In this document: piece after piece, positions 26,626-35,985 of the stretch
How the letters are laid out: every line of letters begins with the position of its first letter
Numbering within the stretch: position 1 is the first letter of the stretch
Origin: Candidatus Kerfeldbacteria bacterium
Lineage (GTDB): Bacteria > Patescibacteriota > Patescibacteriia > SBBC01
Direction: 5' to 3'
NCBI GenBank assembly: GCA_016207275.1
Contig: JACQPY010000007.1
Location: 10,265-74,264, forward strand
DNA: 64,000 nucleotides
Notes under the pieces: generated by a model
The model's input: the letters and a program-made list of their open reading frames with translations, nothing else
Databases searched by the model: none
What the model was told of the DNA's origin: nothing
Translations under genes and position numbers: made by a program

Positions 26626-29178
26626 ATGCCAGACCTCCAAAAAATCTACGATCCAAAATCGGTTGAACAGCCGACCTACCAGCGCTGGTTAAAGTCTGGT
26701 TACTTCAACCCTGACAAGTTGCCGAACGCGAAGAAGCGCAAACCATTCTCGATTGCCATGCCGCCACCGAACGTTACCGGCGAGCTGCACATCGGCCACT
26801 CGCTCGATCTCACGACCCAAGACATTCTCACGCGCTGGAAACGGATGAGCGGATTCGCGTCACTGTGGCTGCCGGGCACTGACCACGCCGGCATTGCCAC
26901 GCAAATCCTGGTCGAACGGACGCTCCGCGAACAGGGCATCTCGCGCTACGCCATCGGCCGGGAAACATTTTTGAAGCACGTCTGGCAATGGAAAGAAAAA
27001 TACGGCGAACGCATTGTCGAGCAAATCAAGCGCCTGGGCGCCTCCTGCGACTGGTCGCGCGAGCACTTTACCATGGACCCGCGGCTGTCCGAAGCGGTGC
27101 AAACCGCCTTTGTTCGGCTGTACCACGACGGCTTGGTCTACCGCGGCGAACGGGTCATCCACTGGTGTACCGATGACCAAACGGGTATTTCCGACCTGGA
27201 AGTCGACTACCGCGAAGAGGCCGGCACCCTCTGGTACATTCGCTACCCGCTGCTGACCGGCAACGAGTACGTCACCGTGGCCACCACCCGACCGGAAACC
27301 ATGCTCGGCGACACCGGCGTGGCCGTCCACCCCGACGATCCGCGCTACAAAAAAATTCTCGGCCAGCGGGTTAAGCTGCCGATTTCCGGACGGATCGTGC
27401 CGATCGTCGCTGATCGCGCCGTTGACCCGCAGTTTGGCACGGGCGCGGTCAAGGTCACCCCGGCCCACGACGTGCTTGACTTTGAAATCGGCGAGCGGCA
27501 GGGTTTGTCTAAGCTCGTGGTCATCGATCACCACGGCCGGATGACGGCCGCCGCCGGTCGTGACTTTACCGGGATGGGCACGCTCGAAGCGCGCGAATTG
27601 GTCGTCCGACTGCTCCGCGAATCCGGCAACCTCGTTAAGACCGAAGACTTCACCCACAACGTCGCGTACTGCTCACGGTCGGCGACACGAATCGAGCCGT
27701 TGCTCTCCAGGCAGTGGTTCGTTAAAACCAAACCGCTGGCTACTTTGGCCTTGGCTGCCCTCCGGTCGAAGAAAACCGTGGTCGTTCCTGAACGGTTTGC
27801 CAAAGTTCTGGTCCGCTGGCTCACCAACATCCGCGACTGGAACATTTCCCGCCAGCTGTGGTGGGGCCACCGCTTGCCGATCTGGTACTGCATTGCCTGC
27901 GACGAGCCGGTCGCCTCGATTAAAGAACCCAAAGCCACCTGCCGGCGTTGCCGTAACCGCGGTTACCGACATGACGACGATACGCTCGATACCTGGTTCT
28001 CCTCGGCCCTGTGGACCTTTTCCACCCTCGGTTGGCCAAAAAAAACCAAAGACTTGAGACGGTTCCACCCCACGGCCGTTCTTGGCACCGGCTGGGACAT
28101 CCTCTTTTTCTGGGTCGCCCGGATGGTGATGTTTTCACGCTACTTCCTGAAAGAAGTACCGTTCAAAACCGTCTACATTCACGGTCTCGTGCTCAATCAA
28201 CAGGGCCAGAAAATGTCCAAATCAAAAGGCACCGGCATTGACCCCATCCCAATGGCCGAGAAATACGGAACTGATGCGCTGCGCCTCTCGTTGGTCGTCG
28301 GCACGGCACCCGGTCTCGACTTCCGCATGTCCGAGCAGAAAATCGCCGGTCAGCGAAACTTCTGCAACAAACTCTGGAACGTCAGCCGGTATGTGCTAAC
28401 ACAGCCCCCCCTTGCTAAGGGGGGGCGGAGGAGCCGCCAGGCGCCGCGGGGGGGTGGGAGCAGGGGTGGTACGTTCGCCGATGCCTGGATTCTCGCTCGA
28501 CTTAACGAAGTTACAAGTACCGTCACCCAGCACCTCGACAAGTACCAATTCGGACTGGCGGTGGAGGCCTTGCAACAATTTCTGTGGAAAGACTTTGCTG
28601 ACTGGTACGTGGAGATTCACAAAGTTGAAAAGAACACGGCCGTGCTGCGCCATGTCCTGCGACAATGCCTAATACTCCTCCATCCCTTTGCGCCGTTTAT
28701 CACTGAAGCAATCTGGAAAGCCATGGGCGAAAAACGGCTGCTGATGATCGAATCGTGGCCAACTAACAAAAATCGGTACCAGCATGAGCTTCGAACTATT
28801 CAAGGGTTCAAAAACTTTCAACGCCTGGTAATCGGCCTGCGCAACCTCAAAATCCACGGCGCCAACAACCAACCGCTGTCAATCCAACCAACTACTAAGC
28901 TCAACCGTGAACTGCTGGCCAGACTGACTGGCGTTGCCTTCGCCGACCAAGCACCGACTGAGGCTGACCGCGTCGTCATCGCCGATGAGCAGTTGATGGT
29001 GCCGGGGGCGGTGGCCAAACAATATGCCGACTGGCGCCGGCGCGAAGTCGAGCAGCTCAACCGCTACATCGCTCAAAAAGAACAACTCGTCGCCAACGCC
29101 AAAGCGCCGGAGCACGTGCGGGCGCAAGCTCAAGCCGATCTGAATGCCGCTCGGAGCCGGATAGCCGAACTAGAGTAA
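26626..29178 (+). CDS. valS: Valine--tRNA ligase
   Basis: PPPNVTGELHIGH, DWNISRQLWWGH and KMSKS motifs; start may be 26611. Confidence 0.98.
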   Translation: MPDLQKIYDPKSVEQPTYQRWLKSGYFNPDKLPNAKKRKPFSIAMPPPNVTGELHIGHSLDLTTQDILTRWKRMSGFASLWLPGTDHAGIATQILVERTLREQGISRYAIGRETFLKHVWQWKEKYGERIVEQIKRLGASCDWSREHFTMDPRLSEAVQTAFVRLYHDGLVYRGERVIHWCTDDQTGISDLEVDYREEAGTLWYIRYPLLTGNEYVTVATTRPETMLGDTGVAVHPDDPRYKKILGQRVKLPISGRIVPIVADRAVDPQFGTGAVKVTPAHDVLDFEIGERQGLSKLVVIDHHGRMTAAAGRDFTGMGTLEARELVVRLLRESGNLVKTEDFTHNVAYCSRSATRIEPLLSRQWFVKTKPLATLALAALRSKKTVVVPERFAKVLVRWLTNIRDWNISRQLWWGHRLPIWYCIACDEPVASIKEPKATCRRCRNRGYRHDDDTLDTWFSSALWTFSTLGWPKKTKDLRRFHPTAVLGTGWDILFFWVARMVMFSRYFLKEVPFKTVYIHGLVLNQQGQKMSKSKGTGIDPIPMAEKYGTDALRLSLVVGTAPGLDFRMSEQKIAGQRNFCNKLWNVSRYVLTQPPLAKGGRRSRQAPRGGGSRGGTFADAWILARLNEVTSTVTQHLDKYQFGLAVEALQQFLWKDFADWYVEIHKVEKNTAVLRHVLRQCLILLHPFAPFITEAIWKAMGEKRLLMIESWPTNKNRYQHELRTIQGFKNFQRLVIGLRNLKIHGANNQPLSIQPTTKLNRELLARLTGVAFADQAPTEADRVVIADEQLMVPGAVAKQYADWRRREVEQLNRYIAQKEQLVANAKAPEHVRAQAQADLNAARSRIAELE
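28404..28470 (+). repeat. REP-like palindrome inserted in frame in valS
   Basis: GCCCCCCCTTGCTAAGGGGGGGC...GGGGTGGT encodes PPLAKGGRRSRQAPRGGGSRGG in a variable loop. Confidence 0.72.
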
Positions 29179-29214
29179 TTCAAACACCTCGGCCAGCTCT
29201 TTGGCGGCTTTGGC
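29170..29214 (-). pseudogene. Relic 3' end of the csoR-like gene
   Basis: Encodes AKAAKELAEVFELL* versus AKAAKELAELFELL* at 29797-29841; shares the exact repeat GCCAGCTCTTTGGCGGCTTTGGC. Confidence 0.8.
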
Positions 29215-29235
29215 AGAACTGGAGTAATGCTAAAG

Positions 29236-29309
29236 TTCTCGACTTCGCTCGAACAGCAGTTTTATTATTGTTCTTCGAGCGCCCCGCCATGCGGCGGGGG
29301 AGTCGAGAA
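29236..29309. repeat. REP-like long palindrome (TTCTCGACTTCGCTCGAA...TTCGAGCG..AGTCGAGAA)
   Basis: Imperfect inverted repeat with a nested CCCCGCC/GGCGGGG hairpin. Confidence 0.7.
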
Positions 29310-29335
29310 GTGCACGACACTTGTAACCGCCGCGT

Positions 29336-29800
29336 TTATATCAATGCTAGCTGTTTGTCGAGCGGTGGATTTGAAAAATATGCACGAACATCAAAGCTCG
29401 AGTCAACCAGCTCAATCATTTCCATACTTCCGCGCTCGATGAGTTTGAATCCCGGCCTTTGAAGGTTAACGCTTTTGAAGAGCTGGTAGTTCGAAACGGT
29501 GAAATCGGCATCGCCGCGTTCGGTGCGTGTCGGGTCAGGTGCGCGTATCTTCAGCAGCCTTAAATCGCCGGCGACCGTGCGCAGCGGATCTATTTGAAAC
29601 AGCGGGCCGGTTGGTGTTTCCTTAATAACGCTTCCAAAATGTCGCGCCGCATCGACGAGCGTTGTATATTCATCTTGGGTCTGCGCGAAAACTGCAGCAT
29701 AGTTGACTGGTGCGTTTGTCTCACTCGTATGTTTATCACGAAGATTGCGTGACTGCGTTACAATTTCCTGCACCAATGACTTGAGGTCTTCAGCGGTCAC
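29336..29800 (-). CDS. Hypothetical protein (possible YecM/VOC-like fold)
   Basis: 154-aa ORF coupled (GTGA) to the csoR-like gene; lower GC than flanks. Confidence 0.75.
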   Translation of the reverse strand: MTAEDLKSLVQEIVTQSRNLRDKHTSETNAPVNYAAVFAQTQDEYTTLVDAARHFGSVIKETPTGPLFQIDPLRTVAGDLRLLKIRAPDPTRTERGDADFTVSNYQLFKSVNLQRPGFKLIERGSMEMIELVDSSFDVRAYFSNPPLDKQLALI

Positions 29801-30060
29801 AGCAGCTCAAATAGCTCAGCCAGCTCTTTGGCGGCTTTGGCGGTTTTGCCACTGGCGACATCAGCGGCCACCGACGTGTTCAAGTACTGTTCAATCAAGG
29901 CGGCGTCGAACTTTTTGAGGGCGTTTTGCACGGCCCGCGACTGACGCAACACTTCAACAGCCGGTTTACCGTCAGCCAGCATCTTGCGAATGGCGGTCAA
30001 GTGGCCGTCAATAATCGCCAGCCGGTGCTCAATGGTTCGCCTCGAATCCATGCCTTTCAT
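29797..30060 (-). CDS. CsoR/RcnR family repressor lacking Cys
   Basis: RL..I.GHL.AI.KM......EVL.Q..AV..AL pattern; SD AGAGGT. Confidence 0.88.
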   Translation of the reverse strand: MKGMDSRRTIEHRLAIIDGHLTAIRKMLADGKPAVEVLRQSRAVQNALKKFDAALIEQYLNTSVAADVASGKTAKAAKELAELFELL

Positions 30061-30135
30061 ACATACCTCTTTCCGATCATTCGCCCTATTCGTAAGTATT
30101 CGCAGGGGATTGTGGGCGAATGTGCTGACAACCTG

Positions 30136-30157
30136 AATCCCCCGTAGGGGGATTATA
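30136..30157 (-). promoter_or_regulatory. CsoR-type operator overlapping an extended -10 box
   Basis: Palindrome AATCCCCC-GTA-GGGGGATT overlapping TATAAT on the - strand; G/C-tract architecture of CsoR operators. Confidence 0.7.
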
Positions 30158-30189
30158 CCATTGCCCAGATTGCTTAACAATCCCCACCA

Positions 30190-30256
30190 CCTCCCCACCG
30201 CTTCGCGGTCTCCCCTCCACAATTGTGGAGGGGATGTCCGGAGGACAGGGGCGGTG
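30190..30256. repeat. REP-like palindrome
   Basis: TCCCCTCCACAATTGTGGAGGGGA flanked by small hairpins. Confidence 0.7.
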
Positions 30257-30258
30257 AC

Positions 30259-31950
30259 TTACTCCGCCACCGAAAATACCTCTTCCACCGTGGTAATCCC
30301 ATCTAGCGCTTTCAGTAATCCATCTTGCGCCATGGTCAGCATGCCTTGGTCGCGGGCCAGTTCGCGCAGGTCAGCCTCGGCGGCCGTGCCGGAGAGAATT
30401 AATTTTTCCAGCTGGCCGTTCATCTCTAAAACCTCAAAAATGCCGATCCGGCCGCGGTAGCCAATCCCGTGGCAAACATCGCAGCCCGCGCCTTTCTTAA
30501 ACCGCCACGACGTGTGCTGGCCAGGTCGATCAGGACTGGAAGCGGGGATGTCGGCCAGCGCGCGCTTGACCCGTTCGAGCATTTCCGGATCAAGCTGATC
30601 GTCGACGACGCACCGGTCGCAAATCTTGCGGACCAGCCGCTGGCCCATCATCAAGTTCAAGGCCGGCGCCAGCAGGTACGGCTTCGTGCCCATGGACAGC
30701 AATCGCGGGATGACGCCGATGGCATCGTTGGTGTGCAGCGTCGAGAGCACGAGGTGGCCGGTCAGCGCCGCCTGAATCGCGGTCTCGGCCGTTTCCAGGT
30801 CGCGAATTTCGCCGACCATAACGATGTCCGGGTCTTGCCGCAGCATGGCGCGCAAGCCCTTGGCAAAGGTGTAGCCCTTTGACCAATCGACTTGACTTTG
30901 GTTGATCCCAGGCAAGCTGTATTCGATCGGATCTTCCAGGGTGATGATCTTGGTGTCCGGTTTGTTCAGCTTGACGGCAATAGCATAGAGCGTCGTGGTT
31001 TTTCCGGAACCGGTCGGCCCCGAGGTAAGGAGCATGCCGTTCGGCCGGTCGATGTGCTGCACCAACAATCTGAAGGCTCGACCGCGCAGGCCCAGCTGCT
31101 CGAAGGTGATGCTGACGTTTGAGCCCATCAGGAGCCGCATGACGACGCTTTCGCCGTAGGCGGTCGGCAGGGTCGAGACGCGAACGTCAATGTGCTGGTT
31201 ATCGAGCAGCAGCGTCACCCGGCCGTCCTGCGGCACCTTATCAACGTTAATTTTCAATCCGGCAATCAGCTTGATGCGGTTGATGATCCGCGGCCAAGCG
31301 TCCTTGGGTAAGGCGGCGACCGTCTGCAGCACGCCGTCAATTCGGTAGCGGACCTTAACATCCTGCTCCTCGGCCTCGATGTGGACGTCAGAAGCGGCGG
31401 CCTCGATCGCCCCGGCTAGGATGAGCGTAAAGACTTCGGTCAGCGGCACGCTCCTGACCTTCTGTTCGAGGGCGCGAAAATCTTTCAGTTCCTGCCGGTA
31501 CCGTCGGACCGCATCCTGCCGAATCTCGAGGCCGGTCGTAACTTTACGCGGCTGGGGAATGCGGTCGTAGAGTTTTAGCGCGCTCAAAAAGCTGTGCTCA
31601 GAAATGACGTACAGGCCGACGTGGGCGTTGTTCTCAGCGGCGATTGTCTCAACCAGTTGGGCCACACCGTCGCGCTCCGGATCAACGGCCGCCAGCCGAA
31701 TTTCATGGCCGCTCCGCAAGAAACAAACTACCTGGAGCTTAACGGCCACGTCCTTGGCAATCGTCGCCAGCGTTTCCGGACCGATCGGAAAACCGGTCAA
31801 GTTTATGTAGGGCAAACCTAAGCGCGACCCGCGCTCCTGCGTCAGGTGCTCTTTCTCCTTCAGCTTGATCTCCGCCATCTTCTCGCGGAACTTCTCTTCG
31901 GTTTCCGGCGAGGCAATGCGGAGATTCGACGTTTGGTCATCCATGTCCAC
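30259..31950 (-). CDS. pilB: Type IV pilus/T2SS assembly ATPase (PilB/GspE)
   Basis: ASDVHIE, GPTGSGKTT, LRQDPDIVMVGEIRD and TGHLVLSTLHTN motifs; two CxxC. Confidence 0.93.
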   Translation of the reverse strand: MDMDDQTSNLRIASPETEEKFREKMAEIKLKEKEHLTQERGSRLGLPYINLTGFPIGPETLATIAKDVAVKLQVVCFLRSGHEIRLAAVDPERDGVAQLVETIAAENNAHVGLYVISEHSFLSALKLYDRIPQPRKVTTGLEIRQDAVRRYRQELKDFRALEQKVRSVPLTEVFTLILAGAIEAAASDVHIEAEEQDVKVRYRIDGVLQTVAALPKDAWPRIINRIKLIAGLKINVDKVPQDGRVTLLLDNQHIDVRVSTLPTAYGESVVMRLLMGSNVSITFEQLGLRGRAFRLLVQHIDRPNGMLLTSGPTGSGKTTTLYAIAVKLNKPDTKIITLEDPIEYSLPGINQSQVDWSKGYTFAKGLRAMLRQDPDIVMVGEIRDLETAETAIQAALTGHLVLSTLHTNDAIGVIPRLLSMGTKPYLLAPALNLMMGQRLVRKICDRCVVDDQLDPEMLERVKRALADIPASSPDRPGQHTSWRFKKGAGCDVCHGIGYRGRIGIFEVLEMNGQLEKLILSGTAAEADLRELARDQGMLTMAQDGLLKALDGITTVEEVFSVAE

Positions 31951-32060
31951 TCAGTATACCCCGTGACCGACTTTATTGAAATTACCACACCCGCTCGCGG
32001 GGCTGCGTTTGATGCGTGCGCAACCGCCCCACAGACTGTGGTTAAGAACTCACTACGTTC

Positions 32061-32165
32061 AGCCCCTCCTCGACTGAGGGGGGCTAATTGGGGTGTCAGT
32101 TTTGGGCTCAGGCTGATGGGATGGTTTCTCCTCTCCCTTCCAGGGAGAGGTTGGGTGAGGGTTTC
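32061..32165. repeat. Two REP-like palindromes
   Basis: AGCCCCTCCTC..GAGGGGGGCT and CCTCTCCCTTCCAGGGAGAGG-TTGGGTGAGGG. Confidence 0.65.
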
Positions 32166-32185
32166 ACTGTCATCGACCTCGGCCG

Positions 32186-33316
32186 CTACTTAAACAAGCT
32201 CTCGACGATCTTGGTGACGCTGGCTTCAGCGGCGCCGAGGTCAGGGTAGGTTGACTTCCAGATGACCAGGTTTTGCGCGCCGTGTACCGCCGCCCCGGGG
32301 AAAAGCTTGAGCAAGTTGATGGCGTTAGTGGCGCTGGCCAGGACCGTAACGATTCCGCGGCGGGCGTAGATGATAGCGATCAGCTGGGCCGTCGGAACGT
32401 TGACGATAAGCTCGTCGATGACGCGCGGCAGCTCATCTTCGGTGGCTTCGGCCTTAGCAAAATCTTGCTCGGACAGCAGTGAGTAAACGAACCGGCCGTC
32501 GAACTTTTCTTGCAGCCGCGCCAGCGCCCGCCCCCAGAGCTTCAGCGTGCCGAGCGACTTCGACTGAAACAAGTTGTCGATAATTTCCTCGCGCCGGGCG
32601 CCCGAGGCAATCAGGTGGCTGGCGACGGCCAGCGAGCGCGGCGTCACGTTCGGCGTCTGGAAGCTCTTGGTTTTAGAAATGATGCCGGTCAGCAAGGTCG
32701 TCGCCACCTGCTCGTCGAGGACGTTAAACCCTAACGCCTTGACCAACTCAAATACCAGCTCCGAGGTCGAGCTGGCGGTCAGGTCAACCAGGTTGACTGC
32801 GCCGTAGTGGGTGTTTTTGGCGCGGTGATCGACGTTCAAAATCGGCACGCGGTAGAAAAACTCGGCGTTGTTGGTGGCTAGCTCGCCGAGCAGTTCGAGA
32901 TCGGCCGCATCAACGGTAACCACCAGATCGTAGGCGTAGTTGCCGGCGCCGGTGGTCACGTCTCGAGCCTCGTAGAAGCCGTCTTTGGGCGTGACCAAGA
33001 CGTTGAGCTTACCATCCTCGATGGCGTAGCTCAGCTCGTCGACGGCTACCTTGGAAACATCGAGGGTGATGATGAACTGGCGGATGTTCTTCAACTCTTT
33101 TTCGATGGCGTTGCTCTTCGGCAAGAAACCGTGGTTGGCTGGCAACTCGAACTGGCTACAGACAATCCGGGCGCGCTTGCCCAGTTTTTCCAGCGTCAAG
33201 AACAACCCCAGGCCGCCGGCAATGGCGTCCGACGACGGCCGGACGGGCAGACAGATGAGGATATTCTTGCTCCGGTTGAGCAGTTCGACGGCTTGGTGGA
33301 GGGAGGTCAGTTCCAT
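32186..33316 (-). CDS. DHH family phosphoesterase (NrnA-like)
   Basis: SDAIAG, VTVDAAD and NVDHR..N..YG.VN motifs. Confidence 0.88.
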   Translation of the reverse strand: MELTSLHQAVELLNRSKNILICLPVRPSSDAIAGGLGLFLTLEKLGKRARIVCSQFELPANHGFLPKSNAIEKELKNIRQFIITLDVSKVAVDELSYAIEDGKLNVLVTPKDGFYEARDVTTGAGNYAYDLVVTVDAADLELLGELATNNAEFFYRVPILNVDHRAKNTHYGAVNLVDLTASSTSELVFELVKALGFNVLDEQVATTLLTGIISKTKSFQTPNVTPRSLAVASHLIASGARREEIIDNLFQSKSLGTLKLWGRALARLQEKFDGRFVYSLLSEQDFAKAEATEDELPRVIDELIVNVPTAQLIAIIYARRGIVTVLASATNAINLLKLFPGAAVHGAQNLVIWKSTYPDLGAAEASVTKIVESLFK

Positions 33317-33524
33317 GGTTTAACTACACCCTCCAAGATGCTTTGTAGAGAATGGGTTATCTTACTGAGCCGGGCAAAACCTGTCAACCCCGTTAGGGCG
33401 TCGGCGTGAAGTATCCTGAAAACTGAAACCTACCACGAACTAATTACCTCGGCCTCTCTAACCGGGTCACGTTTCGGCGCCGTTTGGCTGGCCGCCGGGG
33501 CCAGCGCCTGCTAGCATAGGCACT

Positions 33525-34055
33525 ATGGCTCGCTCCGTCACCGTGACGACCGATTCGCCCGCCGCCACCCGTCGACTGGCCGCTGCCCTTGGCCGAGCTG
33601 CCCGGGCTGGAGAAATTGTTGCCTTGACCGGCGGTCTTGGCAGCGGCAAAACGACCTTCGCCCAAGCCTTGGCGCGGGCGGCGGGTGTTCGTTCGCGGCT
33701 GCGGAGTCCAACGTTTGTGATCGCGGCCAGCTACCGCACCGGACGTCAACTGGCCCGACAGCTCCACCATCTTGACCTCTACCGGTTACGCCGGTTGTCA
33801 GTGACCGACACCGCCACGGTGACCGAAGTACTCGGCGACCGTCAAGCAATTATCATCGTCGAGTGGGCTGACCGGCTGGATCGTCGGCAGCTCCCCCGAA
33901 ACCGAACGACCTTCCTTAACTTCCGTGTCCGCGTCAATCACCGGCGCGTCATTCGAGTTGTTGGCCGGCTTAGCCGCTTCGTGCCGGTAGGGCCGGGGCG
34001 ACGTCCTTTGGGAGGCTCGGCCGACCGCGCTGGACCTCGCTGCCGATCGGCCTAA
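33525..34055 (+). CDS. tsaE: tRNA threonylcarbamoyladenosine biosynthesis ATPase TsaE
   Basis: GGLGSGKTTFA, SPTFVI, HLDLYRL and IVEWAD motifs. Confidence 0.95.
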   Translation: MARSVTVTTDSPAATRRLAAALGRAARAGEIVALTGGLGSGKTTFAQALARAAGVRSRLRSPTFVIAASYRTGRQLARQLHHLDLYRLRRLSVTDTATVTEVLGDRQAIIIVEWADRLDRRQLPRNRTTFLNFRVRVNHRRVIRVVGRLSRFVPVGPGRRPLGGSADRAGPRCRSA

Positions 34056-34284
34056 CCGAATCGTGAACCACCAACTTGGTTGGCGTTATCGCCACGACCT
34101 GCGAACGGTGGATGCGCAGGGTTGATTGAATTAGTGGCTGGACGAGACGGCTCGGACTGACCAGGTACGCGTTGACCAGGTGTGCTTCAACGTCCAGTTC
34201 GATGTCAACCACCCGGCCGAGACGGTTGCCGCTCTCGGTTTCAACTGGCAGGTGGTGGAGCTGCTTGAGCGAGACAATGCTCAT
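33970..34284 (-). CDS. PRC-barrel domain protein
   Basis: LPVETESG..LG.V.DI.LD pattern. Confidence 0.85.
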   Translation of the reverse strand: MSIVSLKQLHHLPVETESGNRLGRVVDIELDVEAHLVNAYLVSPSRLVQPLIQSTLRIHRSQVVAITPTKLVVHDSVRPIGSEVQRGRPSLPKDVAPALPARSG

Positions 34285-35051
34285 GGCTTCGACTCAATCG
34301 TCGGCGGTCGCTTGGGCCGGGCCAAAATCTGCCGCTGACCAATCTGGAATAAGTTCCAGGTGATGTAGTAGAGTGATAGGCCGGCCGGCAGAATGTACGA
34401 GATGAAGGCGAAGCTGAAAGGGGTGATGTAGTTCATCTGTCGCAGGATGGAGGTGGCCGACCGTTCGTCTTTGGCGCCCGGAACACTCGGCGGCGTGCTC
34501 TTGGGGGCCAGCAGCCGGGTCAGAAGGAACTGTGACCCGCCAACGAGAATGGCTAGGACGATATTCTTGGTCGCGCTTAAGTCTAAAAACCCAAACGAGG
34601 TCGTCACGATTGGCGCGGCGGCGTAGATGTCGCGCAACGAGCCGTACAGGTCAGCCAGTCGTTCGGGGGCCAGCAGGTGCGTGACCGGGTCAATCTTGAG
34701 GCCAGAAATGAAAACTTGATAGAGGGCGATAAAGAAGGGGAACTGGACGATAATCGGCAGGCAAGAGGATAACGGATTAAACTTATGCTGACGGTAGAGG
34801 GCCATGGTCTGCCGAGCCAGCTCTTCGCGGTTGTTTTTGTGTTTCTGCTGCAGTTCCTTCAACTTCGGCTGCAGCTCTTGCAGCATTTGTGAGGAGCGGA
34901 CTTGGATCAATGATGGCCAGAAGAGTACCGTCAACGTCAGGATCGTGACGGCAATGATGGCCAGCCCCAAATCATGAACCGGGAGATAGTGGTAGGCCGC
35001 GATCAGGGCATTAAAGATCGGCCGGTAGAAGATGGTGTGGAACAGTGCCAT
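34281..35051 (-). CDS. yidC: Membrane protein insertase YidC
   Basis: GLAII, LQPKLKELQ, NPLSSCLP..VQFP and PAGLSLY motifs; conserved synteny. Confidence 0.95.
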   Translation of the reverse strand: MALFHTIFYRPIFNALIAAYHYLPVHDLGLAIIAVTILTLTVLFWPSLIQVRSSQMLQELQPKLKELQQKHKNNREELARQTMALYRQHKFNPLSSCLPIIVQFPFFIALYQVFISGLKIDPVTHLLAPERLADLYGSLRDIYAAAPIVTTSFGFLDLSATKNIVLAILVGGSQFLLTRLLAPKSTPPSVPGAKDERSATSILRQMNYITPFSFAFISYILPAGLSLYYITWNLFQIGQRQILARPKRPPTIESKP

Positions 35052-35056
35052 CGTGG

Positions 35057-35299
35057 TCAGCGCACGGGGTCAAGGCCACCCGCGCTCCAGGGATTGCAGC
35101 GGAGCAAACGCCAGCCAGCCAGCCAGAGTCCCCGGATCAGGCCGTAGCGTTCCAGGGCTTTGATGGCGTAGCTGGAGCAGGAAGGGTGAAAACGACAAAA
35201 ACCATGGGGATACGCCGCCCGCCACCGTCCGTGGTCAGGAGAGAGCGTCCGTTGGTACCTCCGGATGAGGGCGGTAATGAGGGTAGTCAGTGGGTTCAT
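35057..35299 (-). CDS. yidD: Membrane protein insertion efficiency factor YidD
   Basis: [11 protein letters not shown] and [12 protein letters not shown] motifs. Confidence 0.96.
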   Translation of the reverse strand: MNPLTTLITALIRRYQRTLSPDHGRWRAAYPHGFCRFHPSCSSYAIKALERYGLIRGLWLAGWRLLRCNPWSAGGLDPVR

Positions 35300-35643
35300 C
35301 GACGAGAGTTGCTGGTGACGCGATCAATCAGCCTGGCGCATTCGGCCGCCAAGTTGGCGAAGGGCTGCTGGAGAGCGCTCGATTTAGCAATGATGACGAG
35401 ATCGAACCCGCGGGCCGTGGGTAGCCGGGGCCGGACGGCTGCTCGGAGCTGCCGGCGCAGGCGGTTTCGCGCCGTCGCCCGCTTCGATACCTTCGTGCCG
35501 ACGACGATGCCGACCCGGGGTGTCGCCGTTGGTTTCGTTCGCCGTGCCCGGACGACGAGTGTCTGACCGCCAACCGCCCGCCCCTGCTGGTAGACCCGGC
35601 TAAAGGCGGTGGTGTGGCGGAGCCGGTTGGCACGCGACAGCAT
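35296..35643 (-). CDS. rnpA: Ribonuclease P protein component
   Basis: MLSRANRL and [14 protein letters not shown] (RNR motif). Confidence 0.95.
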   Translation of the reverse strand: MLSRANRLRHTTAFSRVYQQGRAVGGQTLVVRARRTKPTATPRVGIVVGTKVSKRATARNRLRRQLRAAVRPRLPTARGFDLVIIAKSSALQQPFANLAAECARLIDRVTSNSRR

Positions 35644-35648
35644 ATCCC

Positions 35649-35795
35649 CTAGCGCACGCCCGGGGTCAGCCGTCGGCGACCTTTGCGTCGTCGACGGCTG
35701 AGTACCCGACGGCCGCCGGCGCACCGAGCGCGACGGAGAAAGCCGTGTACGCGATGACGGCGACGTTTCTTTGGTTGGTAGGTTCGCTTCGGCAT
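35649..35795 (-). CDS. rpmH: 50S ribosomal protein L34
   Basis: Hand translation [48 protein letters not shown]. Confidence 0.97.
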   Translation of the reverse strand: MPKRTYQPKKRRRHRVHGFLRRARCAGGRRVLSRRRRKGRRRLTPGVR

Positions 35796-35859
35796 ACTTT
35801 TCGTATTGTTACCGCAGTATAACAGTCAAAAACCGAAATCGTCAACGCGTGAGGGTTGA

Positions 35860-35950
35860 GTGGTGGGAAAATTTCCACATTTCATGCACAGCTTCTCCAC
35901 ACCTAATCCATAAAATCATTAGTTTTTGATTCATCAAGTCGTGCTATAGT
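35860..35950 (+). promoter_or_regulatory. dnaA promoter region with degenerate DnaA boxes
   Basis: TTTCCACA, TCATGCACA and TTCTCCACA; TGCTATAGT extended -10. Confidence 0.6.
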
Positions 35951-35985
35951 CTGTTAGTAGCTAGACGTAACGTACTGGGGTTTCC

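Noticed and set aside
33970-34055. 86-bp convergent overlap of tsaE and the PRC-barrel gene
   Set aside because: Most simply a lost stop codon giving a non-conserved tail.
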